Below are positions 1 to 8,575 of a stretch of DNA of 64,000 bases, in pieces; position 1 is the first letter of the stretch; every line of letters starts with the position of its first letter. The position numbers and the translations under genes are program-made. The notes below the pieces were generated by a model. It had not been told where the DNA came from. It searched no databases and saw only the letters and a program-made list of their open reading frames with translations. Location: the sequence record MK962750; one strand, 5' to 3'. The stretch comes from Shigella phage CM8.

Positions 1-351
1 GAAATCTTTACTGCTGGCAGATTCATTAAGACGTGTACCGTTAACGGTGATTTCGAAAACGTTTGGTTTTTGTCCTCTTTTGATATAGTACTTTTTCTCA
101 TCATATTCCATCCACAGTTCAACTAAAAGTTCTTTCTTATTTGTGCTGTTTATTAATTGACCTTTCTTTACATCACGAAATGGTTTGCCAAAAAGCCCAA
201 ATGTGATGGCTTCTAACATAGTAGACTTACCACCGCCATTTCGGCCAGTAATAAGAGTTTTTTGAACCTTATCTAATTGAATGTCAACTCCATTTTGACC
301 AACTGACATTATATTTTTATATTTTACTCTATTAAGTTTAAATGATTTCAT
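1..351 (-). CDS. 46: Recombination/repair nuclease subunit gp46 (Rad50/SbcC-like ATPase), N-terminal part; gene runs off the window edge
   Basis: Reverse complement from 351 reads MKSFKLNRVKYKNIMSVGQNG...GRNGGGKST (Walker A). Matches recalled T4 gp46 N-terminus; sits next to 47. Confidence 0.9.
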   Translation of the reverse strand, partial: MKSFKLNRVKYKNIMSVGQNGVDIQLDKVQKTLITGRNGGGKSTMLEAITFGLFGKPFRDVKKGQLINSTNKKELLVELWMEYDEKKYYIKRGQKPNVFEITVNGTRLNESASSKDF

Positions 352-366
352 TTTGTATCCAATTGT

Positions 367-1221
367 TCACAATGAAGAAAATTCTTTAACTAAAGCCTGT
401 AATGAAGCCTCTATTGGATATCCATTCTTAACTAACATTTTCCTAAACATTACATGTTTAGGACGATTATATGATATCCACAATTCATACAATTTATCTT
501 TATTATCCCAATGATAGCCTTTTCGTCGAGATGCTATATGAGCTTTTCTAATCTCCGGATTTTTCCAACTAGCAGCTACTGAATTTGATATAGCTATTTT
601 ATATTCAGGTTTTGATAAAGCAGCACGAACAGCCTTTTGGTGTTTAATTTTATTTTCTTCGTTATTAAACCATTCCCTTGAAGCCATTGAAATTTTTTGT
701 TTTGTTTTAAAATTATTTAATCTTTCTTTATTATCTTTCCTATTTTTTGCTACTGAAAAATATTTTAATGCCCTTTCTCTAGCAGCATTTCTATTTTGCG
801 GATTTGAATAATACTGTTGAAGCCTTTTTGATATTGTGTCACTTACATCTTGTTTTATAAAACTATATTCAGCAGCTATTAAATCAACTTCGGCTAAAGA
901 TAAATTTTTATATGTTTTTCCTGACATCATTCTATTTAAAGCATTTAGCATTTTTCCATTTTTACCTTTTGCTAATAAGAAGTGTGCTTTAAAATGATTA
1001 AAATGACTTAAATTAACTAAATTCCATGTAGATTTTAAATATTCAGGAAATATTGATTTAGGAAGCACGTGGTGTGCTTCCGTTTTACCTGGAGTTTTAA
1101 CAGTTGAATTCACAGAAATAAAATTAATGTAAGACTTGGCGTCTTCTTCACTCAACGCTAATTTTTCAACTAATTCCTTTATTAAAAATTCATCATTAAT
1201 GTCAAGTTTAAAATTCTTCAC
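367..1221 (-). CDS. Free-standing HNH homing endonuclease (Mob-family-like)
   Basis: 284-aa ORF with HNH-type motif (HHVLPKS...NLVNLSHFNHFKAHFLLAK) and basic repeat-rich tail. Apparent GTG start overlaps the stop of the upstream ORF. Architecture resembles the ORF at 21097-21876. Confidence 0.65.
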   Translation of the reverse strand: MKNFKLDINDEFLIKELVEKLALSEEDAKSYINFISVNSTVKTPGKTEAHHVLPKSIFPEYLKSTWNLVNLSHFNHFKAHFLLAKGKNGKMLNALNRMMSGKTYKNLSLAEVDLIAAEYSFIKQDVSDTISKRLQQYYSNPQNRNAARERALKYFSVAKNRKDNKERLNNFKTKQKISMASREWFNNEENKIKHQKAVRAALSKPEYKIAISNSVAASWKNPEIRKAHIASRRKGYHWDNKDKLYELWISYNRPKHVMFRKMLVKNGYPIEASLQALVKEFSSL

Positions 1222-1481
1222 AAAAGATTCCTTTTAATGTATCTTTTAGACCATTCTATCATATCATCATAATCTAAAAAGTATTCATCAAATTCAGCCA
1301 TGCAAACAACGCCTTGTGCTGCTTTTGATGTGATATAAATTATTCCAACATATCTAGAATCTTCTTCGGTGTAATCAATATTTGCTATGAATTCATCATT
1401 AATGTCAAATGTCGAAAACTTCACAGTATGCATCCTTAATACAAGATACAGCCATATCTCGTAATGATTTAGGTGTGTCAT
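1218..1481 (-). CDS. Hypothetical protein; start uncertain, overlaps 1405-1668 in another frame
   Basis: Six-frame ORF of 87 aa. Shares a 19-nt DNA stretch (aattcatcattaatgtcaa) with the 5' end of the HNH ORF. Confidence 0.3.
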   Translation of the reverse strand: MTHLNHYEIWLYLVLRMHTVKFSTFDINDEFIANIDYTEEDSRYVGIIYITSKAAQGVVCMAEFDEYFLDYDDMIEWSKRYIKRNLL

Positions 1482-1668
1482 TATCTAAAATGTTGAAGTT
1501 AAAAGATACAGCCCAGTCAGTGCAGACTGTAACCTTTTTAATACAATTATCTTCAACCTCTAGCGGTTCAAACCAATATTCAATAATTTCTTTATGACCA
1601 ATATCATCTTTTACTTCGCATTCAAAATGCTGACTCATCATAACATTTTTAAATTCATCAAAAGTCAT
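1405..1668 (-). CDS. Hypothetical small protein downstream of gene 47
   Basis: 87-aa ORF; its start overlaps the gp47 stop (coupled arrangement). Confidence 0.4.
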   Translation of the reverse strand: MTFDEFKNVMMSQHFECEVKDDIGHKEIIEYWFEPLEVEDNCIKKVTVCTDWAVSFNFNILDNDTPKSLRDMAVSCIKDAYCEVFDI

Positions 1669-2684
1669 TGTGTTGCCTCTACATATAGCTGATTCGCATA
1701 TTGAATAAGTGCTTCACGGTCAGAATCAGTGATGTCTGGAATTGCATTAATGTATTCTTCCATCAACGTCTGAAGAGATTGAACTTCAACTTCTTCACTT
1801 TCATCTGACTCGACAGAGTTATCAATTTTTGACACAACTCGTAATGAATGCACAACTTTTTCTAGTTCAGATTCGAACTTCGTCAGATTTTTGTCTACCT
1901 CAGTTACTATAACACGTACTGATAGATTTGTAAAATCTTTATAGTCAATTTTTCCTTTAAATGGATAATGAATTCTACGATGCCAGGTAGTATTGTTTGG
2001 AATAAATTCCATTCGTTCTGTTTCTGTATCAAACATCCAGAACCCACGAGGGTCATTCTCGTCACCTGCAGTTAGTGTCCATGGTGTCCCAATATATCTG
2101 ACGTTAGCAGCCTCAGAGATAGTATGGAAGTGACCAGACCACACCTCTTTATAAGTCTTAAGGAAATCAGGTTCAAGACCGTGAGATTTCATTCCTTTAT
2201 AAAAATAAAATCCATTCAGCTCCCAGTGACCAACACAAAAAGAAGCAGATGAAGTTTTGATGTGTTCAAGAATTTCACCAGTATTTTCTTCACACATCCA
2301 AGGAATTAAATCAATCAAACATCCGTCAAAATCTACTGTAGTAGGCTTATCATACACTTTAACATTAGGATATTTAGCCAAAAGCTCAGTAGAGGCATTT
2401 GGAGTTAAAGTATTTTTAAAGTGCATATCATGGTTTCCTACAACAGTATGTAGGGTAATACCAGCATCATCAAGCATTTGAACTATTTCACGAGCGAACT
2501 CCATAGTTTTATGTGTGATTGCTTTTCGCACATCAAAAATATCACCATATTGAATCCATACAGTAATTCCATTTTTCTTAGAATATTCTATCGCTTGCTT
2601 AATTCCATCAATTTGAATACCGCGAATCCACTCATCATCGGCTTTAACGCCTAAATGCCAATCACCTAAATTTAAAATTTTCAT
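1665..2684 (-). CDS. 47: Recombination endonuclease subunit gp47 (Mre11-like phosphoesterase)
   Basis: 339-aa ORF with ATG start; metallophosphoesterase motifs (GDWHLG, GDIFD, GNHD); same length as recalled T4 gp47. Confidence 0.93.
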   Translation of the reverse strand: MKILNLGDWHLGVKADDEWIRGIQIDGIKQAIEYSKKNGITVWIQYGDIFDVRKAITHKTMEFAREIVQMLDDAGITLHTVVGNHDMHFKNTLTPNASTELLAKYPNVKVYDKPTTVDFDGCLIDLIPWMCEENTGEILEHIKTSSASFCVGHWELNGFYFYKGMKSHGLEPDFLKTYKEVWSGHFHTISEAANVRYIGTPWTLTAGDENDPRGFWMFDTETERMEFIPNNTTWHRRIHYPFKGKIDYKDFTNLSVRVIVTEVDKNLTKFESELEKVVHSLRVVSKIDNSVESDESEEVEVQSLQTLMEEYINAIPDITDSDREALIQYANQLYVEATQ

Positions 2685-2845
2685 ATATCAAGAACCGTCA
2701 TTGAAATGCAAAATAAAATTATTGAAATAAACCCATCTGGTGTGCTAAAGAACCCAATCCAACATGCTCTAGTGAATAGATAAAATGCAAGAAAAAGTAT
2801 CACATATCCAAGAAATATCATTATATCAAACTCCGTATAAAGCTA

Positions 2846-2862
2846 AAGGGCCGAAGCCCTTT
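2846..2862 (-). terminator. GC-rich hairpin (aaagggc-cgaa-gcccttt) at the 3' end of a-gt
   Basis: Perfect inverted repeat seen in sequence; on the minus-strand RNA it gives a C(UUCG)G tetraloop hairpin followed by a U-containing tract. Confidence 0.4.
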
Positions 2863-4063
2863 ATTTTGTAATAATGTCAAACTGTTCTTTAAAGCAGAAG
2901 CTTGAATCTTGATGCTGATACAAAAATTCATATGCTTTTTCTCGCTCACGGTCATAAAGAGCTCGGTCAGATGACAGTTCTTTAATACGTTCAAATGTTG
3001 ATTCCATATCATTTTCATCAAACCAAATGATACCGCTATCATGCGAGGTCAAAGGAGTATTATCAACACGGAATTTTAAATTTTCGCCAGTAGATTTCCA
3101 AAATACCGGAATTGTTCCACATGCACCAAGCTCGAGATGAGTATATTCTAAAGAACGTTGTAGATATTTTTTATCCAACTTACTCAACTGATAACCAAAT
3201 CCGGATTTACTCATACGTTCAAGCATTTCGCTATTTACATAACGGTCAAGAATTTGCGTTGGCAAATTAGGAGCAATTTTAATTTGGTCTACTTGATGAA
3301 GACGATAATACTCGTATGGAATTCCTTTTTCTTTAATAGGAATGAACGCTGGAGAACGTTCCAGACCTTCCATAATAGTACTTAGTCCTGCAGGTTTAAG
3401 ATGTTTTTCGTGAAAATCAAACATCTGATAAAAACCTTTCCATGTAGTCGTACGACCAATCCAACGGTTGATATTCATGTTAATTTCAGAAACATCTTTC
3501 CAGTAGGTTGACCGAACCTTCGCAATATCCATAGGAGGCTGAAAGTTATATACTGTCGGTGCTTCTTCAATATCATCAAACAGAGAAACTGTTTCTGGAT
3601 ACCATTCTTTCATCAGAACTTTATTAAAATCGCCATTATCAGAATGACTAAAAATAACATCAGCTCGACGAACAGTTTCTTCTAATCCCAAATTTCGGCG
3701 CAAAGAAAGAGAAGAATGGTCATGTTGATAAACTACAACACGAACAGAAGGTTTAATGTTATCAATAATTTTTTTATAGTTATTAATAGTGTCTTCTTCA
3801 ACCGAAGTAGCAGGAACTGAATTGATAATTAGAATATCACAATCATTTACCAGCTTAAGTGTTTTATCATATTCTTTTGCCAATAAAACCGGAATTGAAA
3901 ATGATTTATAATCATGCGCGCAATTACGAGTAAATGATTTATCTTTAGCATAAACCAAAGTTACTTCATGACCATTTTTAATAAACCAATCACGTTGCTC
4001 AAGAGAAAATTTAGTTACACCACAACCTTCAAGACCTCGAGCCATAAAAATACATACTTTCAT
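2861..4063 (-). CDS. a-gt: DNA alpha-glucosyltransferase (hydroxymethylcytosine glucosylation)
   Basis: 400-aa ORF, MKVCIFMARGLEGCGVTKFSLEQRDWFIKNGHEVTLVYAKDK..., near-identical to recalled T4 alpha-gt (400 aa). Confidence 0.9.
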   Translation of the reverse strand: MKVCIFMARGLEGCGVTKFSLEQRDWFIKNGHEVTLVYAKDKSFTRNCAHDYKSFSIPVLLAKEYDKTLKLVNDCDILIINSVPATSVEEDTINNYKKIIDNIKPSVRVVVYQHDHSSLSLRRNLGLEETVRRADVIFSHSDNGDFNKVLMKEWYPETVSLFDDIEEAPTVYNFQPPMDIAKVRSTYWKDVSEINMNINRWIGRTTTWKGFYQMFDFHEKHLKPAGLSTIMEGLERSPAFIPIKEKGIPYEYYRLHQVDQIKIAPNLPTQILDRYVNSEMLERMSKSGFGYQLSKLDKKYLQRSLEYTHLELGACGTIPVFWKSTGENLKFRVDNTPLTSHDSGIIWFDENDMESTFERIKELSSDRALYDREREKAYEFLYQHQDSSFCFKEQFDIITK

Positions 4064-4306
4064 TTAATATCCTCTTTGTTTTGGTTTATTTTACCAAAAA
4101 TTTATAAAGCAATATAGGAGCCGAAGCTCCTATCCACATAATACGCCATACAGAGACTCGTTAGAACTTTTAAATTTTATGCGCTTATATGTTATAGTTC
4201 CTTCTGCTTTAGCTTTATCATGAGACTCTTTAAAGCGTCTCATCATTTCCTCTTTAGAGGAACGAATTTTATTATAATCTATTTCAGAAGTCTGGATGTT
4301 CATCTT

Positions 4307-4513
4307 TCACAGTTGCCACCATTTTTTGACTTGATAAGAATCAACCCACACTTTCATATTAGGGTCTGCTCTTACAATAGGAGGATTAACTTCTTTAATT
4401 GAACTATCATGGTATTCTTTTTCAGAAATTTTCACACAAAGATGACCATTCAAAGATTCAGTAAATCCTGCATTAATTTTAAGACGCTTGAATTTTACGT
4501 GTGTAAGCATCAA
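4307..4513 (-). CDS. Hypothetical small protein
   Basis: 68-aa ORF in the early transcription direction; no recognisable motif. Confidence 0.25.
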   Translation of the reverse strand: MMLTHVKFKRLKINAGFTESLNGHLCVKISEKEYHDSSIKEVNPPIVRADPNMKVWVDSYQVKKWWQL

Positions 4514-4796
4514 TCATATCCTCAATTTGCGATCTAGTAGTCTTCCAAAGAATACTGATGAGTTCATCGTTATATGGCTGTTTTAGAATATCCCGACTTT
4601 TCTTGATAGCATATTCGTATTGAGCAAAATTATTGTTTTCAGCTGCGATCTGAGCGTGCTTATAAAGACGATTCAGTTCGCGTTTGTTTTTAGACAATAA
4701 CTTATTTGCTTTTCTTTCTGCTTCAAGACGGTTCTTTTCTTCAATAGAAGAAATAAGCTTTTCCACTTCATCATTAATTTCGGGTTTATCAGTCAT
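4479..4796 (-). CDS. Hypothetical protein
   Basis: 105-aa ORF, coiled-coil-like and charged. Confidence 0.4.
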   Translation of the reverse strand: MTDKPEINDEVEKLISSIEEKNRLEAERKANKLLSKNKRELNRLYKHAQIAAENNNFAQYEYAIKKSRDILKQPYNDELISILWKTTRSQIEDMIDAYTRKIQAS

Positions 4797-4797
4797 A

Positions 4798-5016
4798 TTA
4801 TTTCTCTAATATAAAATAAAAATCATCATCTGTTAAATGATACCTGTAATTTAATTCTACACCATTAGATTTAAAAGCGGTATCATACGGATTTTCTGGA
4901 TCAATATCAATGTCAAGAGCTAAAACTTCCCTGAGATACATTTTAAGTAAATAGGGAATAGCTTCAACTTCAGGTATTTCTTCCAAGAATCCGGAGAGGT
5001 TAATCGTTAGCCTCAT
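4798..5016 (-). CDS. Hypothetical small protein
   Basis: 72-aa ORF immediately downstream of gene 55. Confidence 0.35.
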
Positions 5017-5557
5017 ATAAAAAATCCAAACTAGGAGAATCGTCTACAACACTTTTCTTTTCAGCCCCCGGTGTTCTATAGGTTGATTCTTCGTAATGCG
5101 TCATTTTATCGTAAATGTCTTGAATAAAAGTTTCATCTACTAACGCAACCATATCGTCGTCACGGCTGTCATAGACATTGTGAACGAAGTAACTATATTT
5201 CTTTGCAACTTCCTTACGTTCTTTTTTAATACGTTGGACGAATGCATTAAAACAAGCTTGAGTTATATACGCATGTGGGTTTTTATATTTCGTTTCATCA
5301 AAATTATGAAGCCCCTTAATAGAAGCTTCTATACCATCTGCAATCATTTCTTGTTTCCAAGACTGGGTGTATCCTGAAAAGTTGAAACGTTTAGATAAGC
5401 CTTCTGCAATAAGCATAATGGCTAATCCGATAGTATCATTCTGACGAACTACTTTATTTGGGTCTTTATTATTTGCTAATTCTGTTTTCCAATCAATAAT
5501 AGCTTGTAAAAGCTCTTTATTGTTTACGTAATTATATTTAGGCTTAGTTTCTGACAT
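5000..5557 (-). CDS. 55: Late-transcription sigma factor gp55
   Basis: ATG at 5555-5557 preceded by GAGGTG; product [23 protein letters not shown]... is 185 aa, matching recalled T4 gp55. Confidence 0.9.
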
Positions 5558-5635
5558 TTTCACCTCTTAGCTCAATTCATAGATCTATTATATCATAATA
5601 TTTGAAGATCTATCTTAAAGCATAGAGGATATCAG

Positions 5636-5905
5636 TTATCTAAGTAAACAGTATGCTTGGAACACTTTATCCATCATCTTTTTAAATTCATGAATATCTA
5701 TATAATGACTAGTTAGATCAGCATGATATAAAAAGTCTAAAAACTTTTCATGTGTACTAACATATTCACTTTCATTTAATTCAGAAACATGACTTTCCCA
5801 ATATCCAACACCAGTCTTATTTGGGAAAAATGAAATTTTCATGTATTGGTCAACATAGAAAATGCCATAATTTTCAATAGTAATAGAAATATTAATAAAT
5901 TTCAT
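5636..5905 (-). CDS. Hypothetical protein
   Basis: 89-aa ORF upstream of 55. Confidence 0.4.
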   Translation of the reverse strand: MKFINISITIENYGIFYVDQYMKISFFPNKTGVGYWESHVSELNESEYVSTHEKFLDFLYHADLTSHYIDIHEFKKMMDKVFQAYCLLR

Positions 5906-6123
5906 ACATTCATCAACTTAGCCGCTTCAAGAGCTGCATCTAGTGAATCAAATTGATCAACATATTCAATCAATTCGCCGTAATTGGCATATAACCACCA
6001 TTGGCTAAATTCATACTCAAGGATGAATCCGTTTCCTTCAATTTGAGTTAAACCAATGCCATTTGTATTTACTTCATATCCGGCAAGACGCAAATCGTTA
6101 ATAAGAGCTTCGTTCATATTCAT
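5902..6123 (-). CDS. Hypothetical protein
   Basis: 73-aa ORF whose start overlaps the stop of its upstream neighbour. Confidence 0.4.
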   Translation of the reverse strand: MNMNEALINDLRLAGYEVNTNGIGLTQIEGNGFILEYEFSQWWLYANYGELIEYVDQFDSLDAALEAAKLMNV

Positions 6124-6446
6124 ACCTTAGCAATTTTCAGGTCTGCAAATTTTTTCTTGCGTTGATTTTTCATGCGACGAATAGTTTTATCGGAAATTTC
6201 ATGCTTTTGATAAGCTTTAGATTCTACGCCAAAAGCTTTAACATCAAATTCCGACAAGATATATTGAACCAGCAATTCACGGACAGTATTACGTCCAATC
6301 TTCTGATCATTCTGTTTCATCGTCTGATGAAGCTCTTTTTCCCATTTATCCAAAATTTGAGGAGTTACAATATCGCCTTTTTCTAACAAAGAAACTACTT
6401 TATCATATGCGTAAGAATTGATGGCGTTTTTAATTTGAATAGTCAT
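6120..6446 (-). CDS. Hypothetical protein
   Basis: 108-aa ORF with basic C-terminus. Confidence 0.45.
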   Translation of the reverse strand: MTIQIKNAINSYAYDKVVSLLEKGDIVTPQILDKWEKELHQTMKQNDQKIGRNTVRELLVQYILSEFDVKAFGVESKAYQKHEISDKTIRRMKNQRKKKFADLKIAKV

Positions 6447-6483
6447 ACATTATCCTCAATTACGTTAAAATTTTATTATCCAA

Positions 6484-6500
6484 AAAGGGCCGAAGCCCTT
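6484..6500 (-). terminator. Intrinsic terminator-like hairpin (gggc-cgaa-gccc) with T-run on the minus strand
   Basis: Reverse complement reads aagggcttcggcccttttt, directly after the stop of ORF 6499-6699. Confidence 0.5.
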
Positions 6501-6699
6501 AGCTAAACTTTTTGGCACCCTTCCAGCCTTCATACATCATTGCGGCTGATATTAATATTGCTCCTGAGCAACTTGAATATTTGTGATTCCAAAACCAGTT
6601 TAGAAAAACTTCATCATCAATACCTTGGGCTATCATATTTTCAAAGAACTGACGACGAGATTCGGCAATTCGTTGTGATAATTTAGATTCAGGATTCAT
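6499..6699 (-). CDS. Hypothetical small protein
   Basis: 66-aa ORF. Confidence 0.4.
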   Translation of the reverse strand: MNPESKLSQRIAESRRQFFENMIAQGIDDEVFLNWFWNHKYSSCSGAILISAAMMYEGWKGAKKFS

Positions 6700-6831
6700 T
6701 TAAATTTTCCAGTTACCGTTTTCATCAATAAATTTAATCCAGTCATTTACTGACCACTTAGTTGTATCGCCTTTTGGAGTAGCATTTAAAGTATATAGTC
6801 CTTGCTTAAAAAGCATTCGTTTGATATTCAT
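6700..6831 (-). CDS. Hypothetical small protein (start trimmed to internal ATG)
   Basis: ORF track gives 6700-6915 overlapping the neighbour; internal Met gives 43 aa. Confidence 0.25.
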   Translation of the reverse strand: MNIKRMLFKQGLYTLNATPKGDTTKWSVNDWIKFIDENGNWKI

Positions 6832-6838
6832 ATTTTCC

Positions 6839-7132
6839 TCAGCTATAACGATAACACTCGTTTGATTTACGTTTAGCAACTCGTTGAGAAGTATTATAAT
6901 CAAAATCATCGTCAATGTAAACAGATTTTTTCAACTTTCTTACTTCGCCGCGTAATTGACGATTTAGCTCATCTTTAACTTCTGAATCAATACCTTTCAT
7001 TCTACGCCATTTATCTGAGCGAAAAATGTTTTCAACCATATCTTTATGACTTACACCATCAGGAGCTTTACGCTTTCCGAAATAGTCATAATCACGCACT
7101 TTTAAGTCTTTACGACGATACGTTTTACCCAT
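6839..7132 (-). CDS. Hypothetical basic protein
   Basis: ATG at 7130-7132 (MGKTYRRKDL...); lysine/arginine-rich. Confidence 0.4.
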   Translation of the reverse strand: MGKTYRRKDLKVRDYDYFGKRKAPDGVSHKDMVENIFRSDKWRRMKGIDSEVKDELNRQLRGEVRKLKKSVYIDDDFDYNTSQRVAKRKSNECYRYS

Positions 7133-7307
7133 GGAGTTTAATTTCCTTAGCAACTGAACTAAATACAGCACGATCACAAATCATACGTTTATGTAACTTG
7201 AGTATAATATAGCAAACTTCAAAACTATTTACATGAGTAACACGAACAGCATTACCATTAATGAGATAATACTGTCCCTTTTTAATTTCTTTATCAACCA
7301 CAACCAT
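7125..7307 (-). CDS. Hypothetical small protein
   Basis: 60-aa ORF. Confidence 0.3.
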   Translation of the reverse strand: MVVVDKEIKKGQYYLINGNAVRVTHVNSFEVCYIILKLHKRMICDRAVFSSVAKEIKLHG

Positions 7308-7448
7308 ATCAATTCCTCAAAGGTAATTCATATGTTAATAATACCACGGTTTGAACTTGTTGTAAACAACTTTGTGAAAATTATTTTAGGGAATGATAAG
7401 AAAGGAACGATAGCTTAGAATGGTAATATACAGAATGTGAGAAAGAAA

Positions 7449-7461
7449 GGCCCAGAGGGCC
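7449..7461 (-). terminator. Short GC hairpin followed by a T-rich tract downstream of nrdH
   Basis: ggccc-aga-gggcc inverted repeat; minus-strand RNA continues with uuucuuuc. Confidence 0.35.
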
Positions 7462-7465
7462 CGTC

Positions 7466-7774
7466 TTAATCTTCTATGATATCTCTATCATATCCAAGTG
7501 AAATGAGAGTTTCTTTGAAGTGTTTAATGTTCTTTTGTCTAGAATCATTAATGAAAATGACTGGATAACGAATGTTAAGAGATGTGAATCCAGCGCGTTT
7601 AGCAAGAGATACAATCAGTGGACGATCATACTCAATCTTACCGTTATTTGTAAGAACTTTATAGAAAGTAAAAGGAGCATTGAGCTCCTTTAGAAGTTTT
7701 GTAACTGATTGACATCCAGGACAACGACCTACTTCATCTGGAATTCCATAGACTTCAATCTTATTTTGTTTCAC
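7466..7774 (-). CDS. nrdH: Glutaredoxin/thioredoxin-fold redoxin (NrdH-like)
   Basis: 102-aa ORF with CPGC active-site motif; GTG start after AAGGA; lies beside nrdG/nrdD. Confidence 0.6.
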   Translation of the reverse strand: MKQNKIEVYGIPDEVGRCPGCQSVTKLLKELNAPFTFYKVLTNNGKIEYDRPLIVSLAKRAGFTSLNIRYPVIFINDSRQKNIKHFKETLISLGYDRDIIED

Positions 7775-7776
7775 AA

Positions 7777-7989
7777 CTATTCCTTACTAAGAGCAGCATT
7801 CAGCTTGTTAGTAATTTTATCCAGACGCTCATTGAACTCACTAGAAGATAAGCCTTTTTCTGGAGAAATTAAGCTAATCACGAAAAATACAACAATAAAA
7901 GGAATAAGGAAAATAGCTCCAACTGCCATAAACAGAAAGAATGTTACAGTTGTAAGAAAATCAGCTAAACCTTTACGAAATTTATACAT
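7777..7989 (-). CDS. Small membrane protein (one hydrophobic helix)
   Basis: 70-aa ORF with hydrophobic stretch FFLFMAVGAIFLIPFIVVFFVISLI. Confidence 0.4.
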   Translation of the reverse strand: MYKFRKGLADFLTTVTFFLFMAVGAIFLIPFIVVFFVISLISPEKGLSSSEFNERLDKITNKLNAALSKE

Positions 7990-8104
7990 ATTTTACCCTT
8001 AATTGATTAACCAAGCATTGATAAGCACTAAACTATACTGCGAATAAAATTCTGGACCAAAATGAAAAATCATATCATTTATAGTATCCATAATGTAATT
8101 CAAT

Positions 8105-8575
8105 TTAATCATGTTTCCACACCCCATCGGTATTTGACCAAAGCCGCTGATTATCTGATCCTCTCCACAGCTTTTTGGTCGGAAGATTTTTCTCATACTT
8201 CCCATCAATAATAACATCAACATATTTAAGCATTTCTAGTTGTTTAATATCTTCAAACTTATATCCTGTCCACAACCAAATGCTTTTATTTGGATAAAGA
8301 TTTTTTACTGTTTGAACAATGCAATGAATAACATCTCGATTATCAGGATAGAGAGGGTCTCCTCCAGTTATAGTTAATCCTTCTATATAATCATTATTCA
8401 AACATTCAATTAATTGTTCTAGTGTTTCACCAGTAAATGGAATACCATTTCTAGCATTCCATGTTGATTTATTATAACACCCTTCGCATTTATGCAAACA
8501 ACCTGTAACGAAAAGAACGGCCCTGCATCCAGGGCCGTTCACAAAATCGCAAGGATAAAATCTATCATAATTCAT
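8105..8575 (-). CDS. nrdG: Anaerobic ribonucleotide reductase activating protein (radical SAM)
   Basis: 156-aa ORF with cysteine motif CLHKCEGCYNK; same length as recalled T4 NrdG. Confidence 0.88.
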   Translation of the reverse strand: MNYDRFYPCDFVNGPGCRAVLFVTGCLHKCEGCYNKSTWNARNGIPFTGETLEQLIECLNNDYIEGLTITGGDPLYPDNRDVIHCIVQTVKNLYPNKSIWLWTGYKFEDIKQLEMLKYVDVIIDGKYEKNLPTKKLWRGSDNQRLWSNTDGVWKHD

